A DNA stretch of 60,929 nt, taken from positions 1-60,929 of the forward strand of contig FR899426.1 of NCBI GenBank assembly GCA_000437315.1, given 5' to 3'. A program made the position numbers and the translations under genes. How positions within the stretch are numbered: position 1 is the stretch's first letter; the number at the start of each line of letters is the position of its first letter. The notes under the pieces are model-generated. The model saw only the letters and a list, made by a program, of their open reading frames with translations. It ran no database searches and was not told the origin of the DNA. Below, piece by piece: positions 18,199 to 27,049 of this stretch. Origin of the DNA: Mycoplasma sp. CAG:472 (GTDB lineage Bacteria; Bacillota_I; Bacilli_A; RF39; UBA660).

Positions 18199-19191
18199 TT
18201 ATAACCATACACCATAAGTTATTGCTATCATAGCAAATATTAAACCAACAGTCCAAAATAATTTAACAATATCAGTTTCTTCCCAATTTAATTCCTCGAA
18301 ATGATGATGAAGTGGTGCTTTTTTAAATATCTTCTTATTAAACTTTCTAATAGCAATAATTTGAATTAATGAAGATGCAGCCTCAATAATAAATACACCA
18401 CCAATTAAAAATAAAGAAAGTTCATGTCTAGTTAATATTGCAATAGTAGCAAGTGCTCCACCTAAAGAAAGTGAACCAAGATCTCCCATAAACACTTTAG
18501 CGGGATGTGAATTATACATTAAGAATCCTATTAAAGCACCAACTAAAATGAATGAAAAAATAGCAATTTCTTGATAACCCTCGAGCCAACCACAGTTCCA
18601 AGCAATTATACCATATGCAAGAAATGCAATCGCAGAAAGGCCTCCACATAAACCATCAAGACCATCTGAAATATTAACTGCATTTGCCATACCAACAAGA
18701 AGAAAGAATATAAATATACCAAATGTCCATCCTAAGGGAATATTAATGTGTAATAAGGAAAATCTAAGAGTTGTACTTCCTCCACCTTTCATAAATAGGA
18801 AGAAAAAAACTAAAGCAATAAACATTTGACACATAAATTTAGTTACTATAGAAAGTCCTCCATTATTATGCTTTTTTACCTTTAAATAGTCATCAACAAA
18901 ACCAAGAAGTGCATAAGAAATAAATACAAATAAAAGGATTGCTAAGTTATAACTTGATGATATGCTTTTAGTAATAAATAAATATAATAAACCAAGTATA
19001 ACCGGAATTATAAATATTATTCCTCCCATAGTCGGAGTACCCTCTTTTAACTTATGTCTTTCAGATATTGTATCACTTACACTTTGGCCAATATGAAACT
19101 TTTTTAAAAATGGGATTAGAATAGCCCCACATATAATTGCACAAACAAAACCTAGCATTAAAGCCATTGCAGCTTTAGCAAGTATTAACAT
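18199..19191 (-). CDS. mraY: Phospho-N-acetylmuramoyl-pentapeptide transferase
   Basis: GTPTMGG, DDYLKV, NAVNISDGLDGL, MGDLGSLSLG and PLHHHFE motifs; 10-TM profile. Confidence 0.95.
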   Translation of the reverse strand: MLILAKAAMALMLGFVCAIICGAILIPFLKKFHIGQSVSDTISERHKLKEGTPTMGGIIFIIPVILGLLYLFITKSISSSYNLAILLFVFISYALLGFVDDYLKVKKHNNGGLSIVTKFMCQMFIALVFFFLFMKGGGSTTLRFSLLHINIPLGWTFGIFIFFLLVGMANAVNISDGLDGLCGGLSAIAFLAYGIIAWNCGWLEGYQEIAIFSFILVGALIGFLMYNSHPAKVFMGDLGSLSLGGALATIAILTRHELSLFLIGGVFIIEAASSLIQIIAIRKFNKKIFKKAPLHHHFEELNWEETDIVKLFWTVGLIFAMIAITYGVWL

Positions 19192-19287
19192 ACCACATCA
19201 CCTTTATACATATTATACATTAAAAATAAATAAAAAACTCTATTTTTTGTGTAATTTTACACTTTCTTTTCACTATAATTTATTAGG

Positions 19288-19923
19288 GTGATTATTTTGA
19301 TAGATAAAAAATTAATAAAAGAGAATAAAAAACTCGCTAAAAATTTTAAAATTATATTAATTATGGGCTATAAATATAAAAACGAAATTGCTCATATTGT
19401 ATATAAAAATCTAATTAAAAGTAATGAGAAAGTATTGCTTCTTAAAAATAATGGTTATTATATAAATAAAAAATATTATAAGTTAAATAATAATTTAAAT
19501 TATGAAATTTTAAATAATATTTTAAAAAATGCAAAAGAAAAAGATGTTAAATATGTAATAATATGTATAAATAATAGTCATATTAAAAATAATTTATTAA
19601 AGAAAATCAATTATAATATAATGAGTATATGCTCGTTTATCGGAGATGACACTAAATATGTTTTAAAGGAAATAAAAAAAGTTAAAGAGGTTTTAGTATT
19701 AAATAATGATGAAAAATATAGTAAAATATTTAGAAAAAAATATAAAAATGTAATTACTATTGGAAATAAAGGTACATATGAAATAGATAGATTTAATAAA
19801 ACTTTTGAATATGAATATAATTTATATCACCTTAATACAAATGAAACAAATTTAATGTACTCTAAAACTATTGCAATTGCGATTTTAGTTTATATTGGAT
19901 TTGATATTTCATACTTAATATAA
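19288..19923 (+). CDS. Hypothetical 211-aa protein; possibly a degenerate Mur-ligase central domain lacking the P-loop
   Basis: GTG start, divergent from mraY. ILIMGYKYKNEI aligns by eye with the IGITGTNGKTT region, and VKYVIICINNSH...SICSFIGDD with vmEVSSH...FTNL..DH. The catalytic residues are not conserved. Confidence 0.4.
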   Translation: MIILIDKKLIKENKKLAKNFKIILIMGYKYKNEIAHIVYKNLIKSNEKVLLLKNNGYYINKKYYKLNNNLNYEILNNILKNAKEKDVKYVIICINNSHIKNNLLKKINYNIMSICSFIGDDTKYVLKEIKKVKEVLVLNNDEKYSKIFRKKYKNVITIGNKGTYEIDRFNKTFEYEYNLYHLNTNETNLMYSKTIAIAILVYIGFDISYLI

Positions 19924-19936
19924 AAAAATATAACAA

Positions 19937-20767
19937 TTACTTGCTATATTTTAATAATTCATCTTTTATTTCCTTAGCTAACTCATTATTCTTTTCAGTT
20001 AAATCATCAGTTGAGGAAACTGTAAATGGTTTTAAAAATGTTACTTTTAAATTATTTTTGGAAAATCTATATTTTCCAGTTATTGCATAAGGAACAACAA
20101 TAGCACCAGTTTTTTGTGCCATTGATACAGCACCATACTTTAAAGGAAGAAGCAAACTATCATAATATTCATTACTTGTAATAACATTTGCACTTTCAAG
20201 TTCTAAAAGATATTCATTAACTCTATAAATATTATTTTTTATATCCTCCTTAGTTATTTTATTATCTGTAAGAAGTTTTAACAGTAAATCAGTTTGTGAT
20301 ACTTTAACCATATCCTTTTTCATAATTTTTTTAAACTTTTTAAAAGGAATTTCTTCGTTTACAAATTCATACATTTCTTTTAATTTATCTTTTTTACATG
20401 CAAGACTATTTCTAGTTCCTTCAGGATAAATACCTAAAGCATAGCCCTCATTTAAAACCTCAAGTGCTGATGACTTAGCATTATCATCATGAATACTTCT
20501 ATCAACTGGAATACAACCACTTGCTTTAAAAAAGAAAGCAAATGGACTATCAAAGTACTCATTTTTTGCCATATAGTGAAGCATCCTTTTCGTAGATAAA
20601 ATAGGTAAACATTGATCAAATAAATGGACATGATTTCCACATAATATTATTGGACCATCTTTTGGCACCAAATGTTTATTTTCAAATTTTGGTCTATAAT
20701 ATGCTAAGAAAAATCCTCCGAGTAAATATTTATTTATTGTATATAAAATTTTATGCTTTTCTTTCAT
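19937..20767 (-). CDS. PlsC-family lysophospholipid/1-acylglycerol-3-phosphate acyltransferase with a long insertion
   Basis: HX4D motif (GNHVHLFDQ) and YPEGTRN; 276 aa; overlaps the upstream paralogue by 17 nt. Confidence 0.8.
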   Translation of the reverse strand: MKEKHKILYTINKYLLGGFFLAYYRPKFENKHLVPKDGPIILCGNHVHLFDQCLPILSTKRMLHYMAKNEYFDSPFAFFFKASGCIPVDRSIHDDNAKSSALEVLNEGYALGIYPEGTRNSLACKKDKLKEMYEFVNEEIPFKKFKKIMKKDMVKVSQTDLLLKLLTDNKITKEDIKNNIYRVNEYLLELESANVITSNEYYDSLLLPLKYGAVSMAQKTGAIVVPYAITGKYRFSKNNLKVTFLKPFTVSSTDDLTEKNNELAKEIKDELLKYSK

Positions 20768-21365
20768 AACTTTTTCCCTCCTTAATTAATTCTATTACTT
20801 TTTTTTCTAACTTTTCAGTTTCTTTTACAAAATCATCTGTTGTAACATAATAAGGCTTTCCTATAATTATTTTTGTTTTATAATTAAATGGTTTAGGTTT
20901 TCCTACAATCGCGAATGGAACTATTGGTTTACCAGATTTTCTAGCTATTGATACAGCACCATATTTAAATGGCATAATATACTCATTGGTCTTATTTATT
21001 GTTCCTTCGGGAAATACACACACTATTTTATTTTCTTTTAATTTTTGAATTGCCTCATTTTTTGCTTCAGGATTTTTATTTTTTCTATCTACTGGAATAG
21101 CTCCGGTGCTACGAAAGAAAAAATTTCCTAATTTTGATTTAAATAATTCAATTTTTGCTAAATAATGAACACATTTTTTTGTAGTATATCCTAGTTCAAA
21201 TGCATCAAAATAACTTGTATGGGTTCCCGCATATAAATAGCCACCATCAGGAATTCTATCTTTATGAACAACAGTTGGCTTCATAATAAGAACAAAAATG
21301 ACTTTTAAAAATGGTCTAATTATGTAATATAAAATGTTATTGTCTTTTTTTTCTTTCTTCATTTT
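20751..21365 (-). CDS. PlsC-family acyltransferase
   Basis: HX4D (GTHTSYFDA) and FPEGT. I prefer ATG 21365 (SD AAGGAA, MKKEKKDNN...) over the TTG at 21383 used in the ORF track. Confidence 0.8.
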   Translation of the reverse strand, partial: KMKKEKKDNNILYYIIRPFLKVIFVLIMKPTVVHKDRIPDGGYLYAGTHTSYFDAFELGYTTKKCVHYLAKIELFKSKLGNFFFRSTGAIPVDRKNKNPEAKNEAIQKLKENKIVCVFPEGTINKTNEYIMPFKYGAVSIARKSGKPIVPFAIVGKPKPFNYKTKIIIGKPYYVTTDDFVKETEKLEKKVIELIKEGKSYERKA

Positions 21366-21415
21366 CAAGTTCCTTAAATGCAACTTTTCCTACAAGTGTT
21401 TTAGGTAGTTTATCC

Positions 21416-23065
21416 CTAAATTTCATACTCATATGGAAGTGAATACTTAGCAACATTTTTTTGCATTATTTCTCTTATTTCTTTTTCTATCTTTCCTTTA
21501 TCTTTATAACCATCTTTTAAAACAACAAATGCTTTTGCAACTTGTCCTTTATATGGATGTGGAATTCCAATAACAGTTGAAGTTAACACTGCTTCATGAG
21601 TATTGATAATAGACTCAAGATAAGTTGGGTAAACATTATAACCACTTGATACAATAATTCTTTTAATTCTTTGAGAAAAATAGATTAATCCATCTTCGCC
21701 AAGATAACCTACATCACCAGTATGAAGCCATAATCTTCCATCTTCATGATATCTTAATGCTTGCATCGTTTCAGCATCATCATTTAAATAGCCCATCATT
21801 ACAAGTGGACCTGAAATACAGATTTCACCATCCTCATTAACTGGAGCAGTTTCATGTGTATCTGGAATCACTATTTTAAAATACATATCAGGAAGTGGCA
21901 TACCAACTATTCCATCATTAAATACATTTTCTGGGGAAAGACAACAAGCCCCTGTTCCCTCAGTAAGACCATAACCTACTCTAATTTTTGCATCTGAACC
22001 ATGCTCATATAAAAAGTCATTTACTTTGTCACGAAGTGTACTATTAAGAGCGTCACCTCCACATATAACTGATCTTACACACTTAAGTTCATTGGGTCCA
22101 ACATTACTTTCAATTAATGCCTCATAAAGAGTTGGAACTCCCACTATAAAATTTGGTTGATTTTTACGAATTATATCGCCAAACTTTTTAGCACTAAATG
22201 TGGGAACCAAAATAACTCCCATACCTTTTGAAAGTGGTGTATGAATACATACTCCCAAACCAAAACCATGAAATATTGGAAGAACAGATAATATTGTTGC
22301 TCCTGGCTGTGCTTGTCTAATTACGGCTGTACAATCAATTGCAAGTGCATTAAAATTTAAATTTGATAACAAAATTCCTTTAGGACTACCTGTAGTTCCA
22401 CCACTATAAAGAATAACTGCAGGATCATAAGCTTTTCTTGTAATATAATAATCTCCTTGATAATTTTTTGAACCATTTATAAAATCTTCCCACATAACAA
22501 TAACTTTATCATCTTTAGGAATCTTATACTTTCTTCCATTTAATACCCAATATATTCCCGCAAGAGGTAAACTCATATCTTCAGATGCTCTTGCAATAAT
22601 AATTCTTTTTAAATTAGTTTTATCTTTTAACTTAAGTATTTTCTCAAATACAGCATCTATAACTAGAATATATTTACTATTTGCTGCATTTATATAAAAT
22701 TCAAGTTCTTTTTCACTTGAAAGTGGATGAACCATATTACAAATTGCTCCAATCATATTAACAGCATAAACCATCGTTATACCCTCTGGAGTATTTGGCA
22801 TACAAATAGTAACATTGTCGCCCTCTTTTACACCATAGTTTTTTAAGGCTTTTGCACATCTTTTAATTCTTACAATAAATTCCTTATAAGATACCTTGCT
22901 ACCATAGTATGAATATGCCATATTATTAGGATATTTTTCTGCTGCCTCTATAATTAAATCTACCATAGAAAAGTTAGGATACTCCATATTTGCTGGAACA
23001 TCGCCATAATATTTAAGCCAAGGTCTTAATTTTTTATCTAATTTCAACATTTTCGATTTTCTCAT
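21416..23065 (-). CDS. AMP-dependent acyl-CoA synthetase/ligase (FadD-like); the last ~27 codons, including the A10 motif, lie in another frame
   Basis: YSGGTTGSPKG, GYGLTE, HTGDVGY and SGYNVYP motifs. After ..LPYEYEI* the +1 frame reads FRDKLPKTLVGKVAFKELENEERKKRQ* (21420-21337). Confidence 0.85.
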   Translation of the reverse strand: MRKSKMLKLDKKLRPWLKYYGDVPANMEYPNFSMVDLIIEAAEKYPNNMAYSYYGSKVSYKEFIVRIKRCAKALKNYGVKEGDNVTICMPNTPEGITMVYAVNMIGAICNMVHPLSSEKELEFYINAANSKYILVIDAVFEKILKLKDKTNLKRIIIARASEDMSLPLAGIYWVLNGRKYKIPKDDKVIVMWEDFINGSKNYQGDYYITRKAYDPAVILYSGGTTGSPKGILLSNLNFNALAIDCTAVIRQAQPGATILSVLPIFHGFGLGVCIHTPLSKGMGVILVPTFSAKKFGDIIRKNQPNFIVGVPTLYEALIESNVGPNELKCVRSVICGGDALNSTLRDKVNDFLYEHGSDAKIRVGYGLTEGTGACCLSPENVFNDGIVGMPLPDMYFKIVIPDTHETAPVNEDGEICISGPLVMMGYLNDDAETMQALRYHEDGRLWLHTGDVGYLGEDGLIYFSQRIKRIIVSSGYNVYPTYLESIINTHEAVLTSTVIGIPHPYKGQVAKAFVVLKDGYKDKGKIEKEIREIMQKNVAKYSLPYEYEI

Positions 23066-23912
23066 TTATATTATCCTCCAATAGTTTAGGGTTATTTAAA
23101 ATATATTCTAGTAATTTAATTGATTTTGTAAAATAATACCCATCGGCAATTCTTTCATCTATATTAACACCAAATTCAACTATTTTACGAATCTCTTTTT
23201 TCCCATTAATCACAACTACTTCATCCTTAATTTCTCCCATAGTGGCAAGTGTAGAACATGTACCAAAATCATTAATATTATGATATATTGCCCCACATTT
23301 AATTGAACCAAGATTTGATACAATCATACTGCTATAGTAAATATTGTCTTTTGTAAGTGATGAAGGAAGCACACCATGCCTGTCACACCACTTAAATATT
23401 CCCACTATAGGGACTCTTAAAATATTTGGTAATTTTCCAAGTATATCTATCGCTTTATTTGCGCCAGCTTTTTCTTCATTACCATGTCGAATAACACTTA
23501 CTTTCTCCCTAATTTTGTTTGACAAAGAAATAATATTGTCATTTTCTTTAATTGGTAAAATGACCATTATTTCTTCGCTTTTATCTGTAAATTCTAATTT
23601 TGCAACAAAGGAAATTGTTAAATCGTTATGCTTATATATATGTCTATTAGCAACAAAATAATTTAATTTTTCTCTATTATATATAACTTTTCCTAATGCA
23701 GTTACAAACGCATGAAAATATGAAAGTTCAATTCCATCAGATTTTCTTTTATTAATATATTCCACTAAATTAGTAACATCGACTTTTTGGTTAATATATA
23801 CATCACTATCACATCTTCTTGGCTTAAGGTCAATACTTATTTGTGATAGTCCACTTACATTTTCTACTCTTTTACCATCTTTTCTATCTATAAATAATTT
23901 TCTTTTTTGCAT
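23034..23912 (-). CDS. 2-oxoacid dehydrogenase E2 / CAT-like acyltransferase catalytic domain only (no lipoyl domain); catalytic motif reads DERIADG
   Basis: 292 aa. The C-terminal NIDERIADGYYF aligns with the E2 DHRxxDG motif, with Glu in place of the catalytic His. First gene of the four-gene operon. Confidence 0.65.
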   Translation of the reverse strand: MQKRKLFIDRKDGKRVENVSGLSQISIDLKPRRCDSDVYINQKVDVTNLVEYINKRKSDGIELSYFHAFVTALGKVIYNREKLNYFVANRHIYKHNDLTISFVAKLEFTDKSEEIMVILPIKENDNIISLSNKIREKVSVIRHGNEEKAGANKAIDILGKLPNILRVPIVGIFKWCDRHGVLPSSLTKDNIYYSSMIVSNLGSIKCGAIYHNINDFGTCSTLATMGEIKDEVVVINGKKEIRKIVEFGVNIDERIADGYYFTKSIKLLEYILNNPKLLEDNINEKIENVEIR

Positions 23913-23975
23913 ATAACCAACTACTTTCCTATAACAATAATATTATCACATTTGAAATTTTTTAACAATATTTAC

Positions 23976-24003
23976 TTGCAATACTACAAAAATATGATAT
24001 AAT
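23976..24003 (+). promoter_or_regulatory. Promoter of tRNA-Gly
   Basis: TTGCAA (23976-23981), 16 nt, TGATATAAT extended -10 (23995-24003). Confidence 0.6.
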
Positions 24004-24056
24004 ATTTCTTGTCAGGCGATTGATAAAGAAAAATTATAATGAAAGAGTCGGTTGAT

Positions 24057-24130
24057 GCAGATTTAGTTTAATGGTAGAACCTTAGCCTTCCAAGCTAATG
24101 ATGGGAGTTCGATTCTCCTAATCTGCTCCA
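24057..24130 (+). tRNA. tRNA-Gly (anticodon UCC)
   Basis: GCAGATT acceptor pairs with AATCTGC; anticodon arm TTAGC-CTTCCAA-GCTAA; T arm GGGAG-TTCGATT-CTCCT; discriminator T; encoded CCA. 74 nt. Confidence 0.9.
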
Positions 24131-24140
24131 ATTAAAATCA

Positions 24141-24175
24141 ACTTACGGACTTAAAAGTTCGTAAGTTTTTATTTA
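24141..24175 (+). terminator. Intrinsic terminator after tRNA-Gly
   Basis: ACTTACGGAC-TTAAAA-GTTCGTAAGT hairpin followed by TTTTTATTT. Confidence 0.8.
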
Positions 24176-24180
24176 CTAAC

Positions 24181-24298
24181 TAAAAAGAGGAAAAATTATC
24201 AAAATAATTTAATCCTCTTTTTTTATTTTCTTGAATATGGGAGTAAAATCTATGTCTAGCCAGCACTGAATTTATACTCCCGCATAAATTCTAGTATG
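24181..24298 (+). repeat. Direct repeat R1 (about 118 bp)
   Basis: Begins TAAAAAGAGGAAAAATTATCAAAATAATTTAATCCTCTTTTT (an internal AAGAGGA/TCCTCTT palindrome). It ends with the 45 nt GTCTAGCCAGCACTGAATTTATACTCCCGCATAAATTCTAGTATG, identical in R2. Confidence 0.85.
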
Positions 24299-24463
24299 TC
24301 TTGTGAGAATTATTATAAAGAACTAATGGAAAATTATATTAAGAATGATGAAAGACTGTCTGAAAAAAACAAAGAATTAAATCCATTGGAATGGACAAAA
24401 TTAATGAACAATTACAAAAATACAGCAGAAGAAATTGTCTTAAATGAATATGTTTTTATATAA
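24296..24463 (+). pseudogene. 55-aa ORF resembling the C-terminal end of transposon protein TnpV (remnant)
   Basis: MSCENYYKELMENYIKNDERLSEKNKELNPLEWTKLMNNYKNTAEEIVLNEYVFI. The ..MEW...MNN....AEEIV...I motif is what I recall from TnpV-family C-termini. There is no SD, and it sits between R1 and R2. Confidence 0.35.
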
Positions 24464-24471
24464 ATAATCTT

Positions 24472-24591
24472 TAAAAAAGAGGAAAAAATTATCAAAATAA
24501 TTTAATCCTCTTTTTATATTTTTCTTGATTTTTGAATAAAGTTTTTGTCTAGCCAGCACTGAATTTATACTCCCGCATAAATTCTAGTATG
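24472..24591 (+). repeat. Direct repeat R2 (about 120 bp)
   Basis: Aligns with R1 with a few indels or mismatches in the middle; the last 45 nt are identical. Confidence 0.85.
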
Positions 24592-24613
24592 GGAATTCCC
24601 ATACCCTTTATTA

Positions 24614-25642
24614 TCAGAAATTAAAATCTAAATATACATAATTATTCATATCGTAAGATAAATTATTTTCTATCATTTTGTTAGCAATTTTACAACACTT
24701 TGAAATCCTTTCACCATTAAATAGTGGATCAATATATCTAATCTTTGCTCCATGATGTACATAATAAACATTTTGAGGTTCTTCTTTTGATGTTTTTACT
24801 TTTTTAGCATTTCTCCAAATATTAAAAATATCATTATATTTAGAAGATTCTATAATATCTATTACTTCACTTTCTTTTAATTCATATAAATCCTTTTTAG
24901 AAATTTTGTTTTCATCACTTAATTTTTTTAGAATATCAGCAATTAATTGCATAGAATATCTAGTTCTATCTTCACGATATATAACGGATAATCGGCTCGT
25001 AACCTTAACAAAGTTTCTAGCAATTTTTTTAGTTCTAAATCCTAACTCTATTTCTTTTTCTTCGTTAGTTTGTATCTCAATATCATCATAGATTTCTTTG
25101 ATACTTTCTGAATCTAATAGCCTATATGTAAACAAAGCATTTGATAATGAATATTCTAATCTATCAGCAGATAATTTAGGTGTATCATTATCAGCAATAG
25201 GATATAAATGATAATTATCTATCTCTGATATTTTAATATTATCTCTTTTTAATAAGGTCATAATTTCTTTTGAATTTTTTATTATTTCTGTTGTCAAATC
25301 CTCTGTTGATTCTTGAGTCATATAATCTCCATTAAGAAAATCTACACAATGCTTAAATGCAGGTGTTGCTATATCGTGAAATAATCCAGATAAAGTTTGT
25401 TTTTTATCATGTGTAAAATGCCAAACAATTAAAGCAACTGCAACAGAATGGTCTAGAGTTGAAAAGAAAAAATCGCTTTCAAATAAGTCTGAATAAATAG
25501 TGCCACAAGTAATACTAATATATTGCTGTGATAATAATTCTTTTGTATCTATATATTCATTTAACCATTCTGGGAAATTTGGTTCTAAAATTTTAAAATA
25601 ATCTTTTATTTCTTTGCTAGTATTGTCATAATATTTACTCAT
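24614..25642 (-). CDS. HD-domain metal-dependent phosphohydrolase-family protein (342 aa)
   Basis: H...HD...D signature (LDHSVAVALIVWHF, GLFHDIATPAFKH, SADRLEYS). Its start overlaps the upstream stop by 8 nt (ATGAGTAA). SD AAGGAGAA. Confidence 0.8.
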   Translation of the reverse strand: MSKYYDNTSKEIKDYFKILEPNFPEWLNEYIDTKELLSQQYISITCGTIYSDLFESDFFFSTLDHSVAVALIVWHFTHDKKQTLSGLFHDIATPAFKHCVDFLNGDYMTQESTEDLTTEIIKNSKEIMTLLKRDNIKISEIDNYHLYPIADNDTPKLSADRLEYSLSNALFTYRLLDSESIKEIYDDIEIQTNEEKEIELGFRTKKIARNFVKVTSRLSVIYREDRTRYSMQLIADILKKLSDENKISKKDLYELKESEVIDIIESSKYNDIFNIWRNAKKVKTSKEEPQNVYYVHHGAKIRYIDPLFNGERISKCCKIANKMIENNLSYDMNNYVYLDFNF

Positions 25643-26372
25643 TTTTATTATTCTCCTTTTTGTATTTCATAGTTTCGGCATCATCAACAATCAATGACAT
25701 CGAAATAAAGTATACTAAAGCATCAATGAATTTCTTCATATCGTTGATATCTCTATCATCCTGTATCTTTACATAATGTGCCTCATCGTTTCCTATCCAC
25801 TCTGACTTTTCAGCAAGAGTTTTGATTTTATCATTATCAATATAATCTTTTAAGCATTTCATCATCCATGTCGATTTTATTTCTTCAGATTTTTCTGGAT
25901 TATTATAAATTGCAAAATCTTTTATTAGGAATTCTAATGCTTTTCTATAACCTAATCCAGCTATTTCATCTAATGAATATTCTTCGGCTTTCAATGCTTG
26001 ATTATATACTTTGACAAATTGTGGTGAAACTTCTTTAAGTTTATCATCAAAATCTCTTTCTTTAAAATTTATAGGTGCTGAATGATTTAACTTTATCATA
26101 TTATAATTCTTTTCACTATATTCTTTTCTTCCATCAGATAGTGTTCTTGTAACTTTTCTACATATTTCATATTCTGATACTATTAATGAATGACACCCAT
26201 TACAATAATCTGCTACAGATAAAAATTCTTTATCATCTCTACTATGTACAATTCCATATAAATTTTGTGGTGCTAGTGCTTTTTTACAATTAGGACATTC
26301 TTCTATTGTTTCATAATTTACAGTTACCCCTGTATTATCATTCTTTCTAGTAAAATTTTTATTAATCTTCAT
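25635..26372 (-). CDS. Zn-ribbon + DUF4145-type protein
   Basis: I place the start at ATG 26372 (SD GGAGG 6 nt upstream; MKINKNF...) rather than the track start at 26438. Four Cys (CPNCKK...CNGCHS), then GLGYRKALEFLIKDF...WIGNDEAHY, typical of DUF4145. Confidence 0.7.
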   Translation of the reverse strand: MKINKNFTRKNDNTGVTVNYETIEECPNCKKALAPQNLYGIVHSRDDKEFLSVADYCNGCHSLIVSEYEICRKVTRTLSDGRKEYSEKNYNMIKLNHSAPINFKERDFDDKLKEVSPQFVKVYNQALKAEEYSLDEIAGLGYRKALEFLIKDFAIYNNPEKSEEIKSTWMMKCLKDYIDNDKIKTLAEKSEWIGNDEAHYVKIQDDRDINDMKKFIDALVYFISMSLIVDDAETMKYKKENNKNE

Positions 26373-26530
26373 AATAACCTCCAAGATATTTGCTGAAAAT
26401 ATTATACTATAAAACGCCAATTTTCTCCATACTCCCATTGAAATTTAATAAGATTTCATATATAATATTTTTAGAAAGAGAGCATTATGGTTCGTAAGCT
26501 GTAGTTTAACCGCTCCAATTTAAAAAGAAT

Positions 26531-26559
26531 ACTATGTTTTTAAAGACATAGTTTTTTTA
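26531..26559 (+). terminator. Orphan intrinsic terminator-like hairpin
   Basis: ACTATGT-N8-ACATAGT followed by a T run. It is preceded by a scrambled tRNA-like stretch, GCTGTAGTTTAACCGCTCCA. Confidence 0.4.
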
Positions 26560-26560
26560 T

Positions 26561-26584
26561 TGGAGTGCTCCCATCATTAGCTTG
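26561..26584 (-). other. Inverted, internally deleted remnant of the tRNA-Gly 3' half
   Basis: The reverse complement reads CAAGCTAATGATGGGAGCACTCCA. 17 nt (CAAGCTAATGATGGGAG) are identical to tRNA-Gly at 24091-24107, and the fragment ends CTCCA like the tRNA 3' terminus. Confidence 0.6.
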
Positions 26585-26650
26585 AAAATATCAAAGAAAT
26601 CTTGTTTTTTATAATATTTAAATATCTTAAATATTAAATCCGCATCTACT

Positions 26651-27049
26651 TTATTTTATATTTTGTTTTTCAATATTTTTATCATAATTACTTTCTAGTA
26701 TACAATCAAATAAATTAAACCACTTTACTTGAACACAATATCTATCTTTTTCATGTTTAGGATTATTATTTAAGTTTTTTGCTTTTGCTTGGCAAAATAA
26801 ATCACTAAAATGTACACCATTATGATAATCCTCAGAATGTTTTAAAAGTATTTTTAAAACATCTCCACTTGAAATAAATAAAAAATCATCAACTACCCCA
26901 TAGATAATACCATCGATAGTCTCATCCGAATTATTCCCATGAAGTATAAACCTATATATACATTTTTTAAGAAGTTTTCTATTACTAAAACATTTATTTA
27001 TATCTTCGATGTCTTGTAAATGAGTTTCCTTATATTCCATAGAACTCAT
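26651..27049 (-). CDS. Hypothetical 132-aa protein
   Basis: ORF only; no motif recognised. Confidence 0.5.
   Translation of the reverse strand: MSSMEYKETHLQDIEDINKCFSNRKLLKKCIYRFILHGNNSDETIDGIIYGVVDDFLFISSGDVLKILLKHSEDYHNGVHFSDLFCQAKAKNLNNNPKHEKDRYCVQVKWFNLFDCILESNYDKNIEKQNIK

Noticed and set aside
24589-24624. 11-codon ORF (MGIPIPFIIRN) opened by the ATG at the end of repeat R2
   Set aside because: It is too short and has no SD. It is a by-product of the duplicated repeat end.
20452-25091. Nested or antisense ORFs 20452-20640, 23344-23661 and 24906-25091
   Set aside because: Each lies within a longer ORF that carries clear family motifs (PlsC, E2-like, HD). They are treated as shadow frames.
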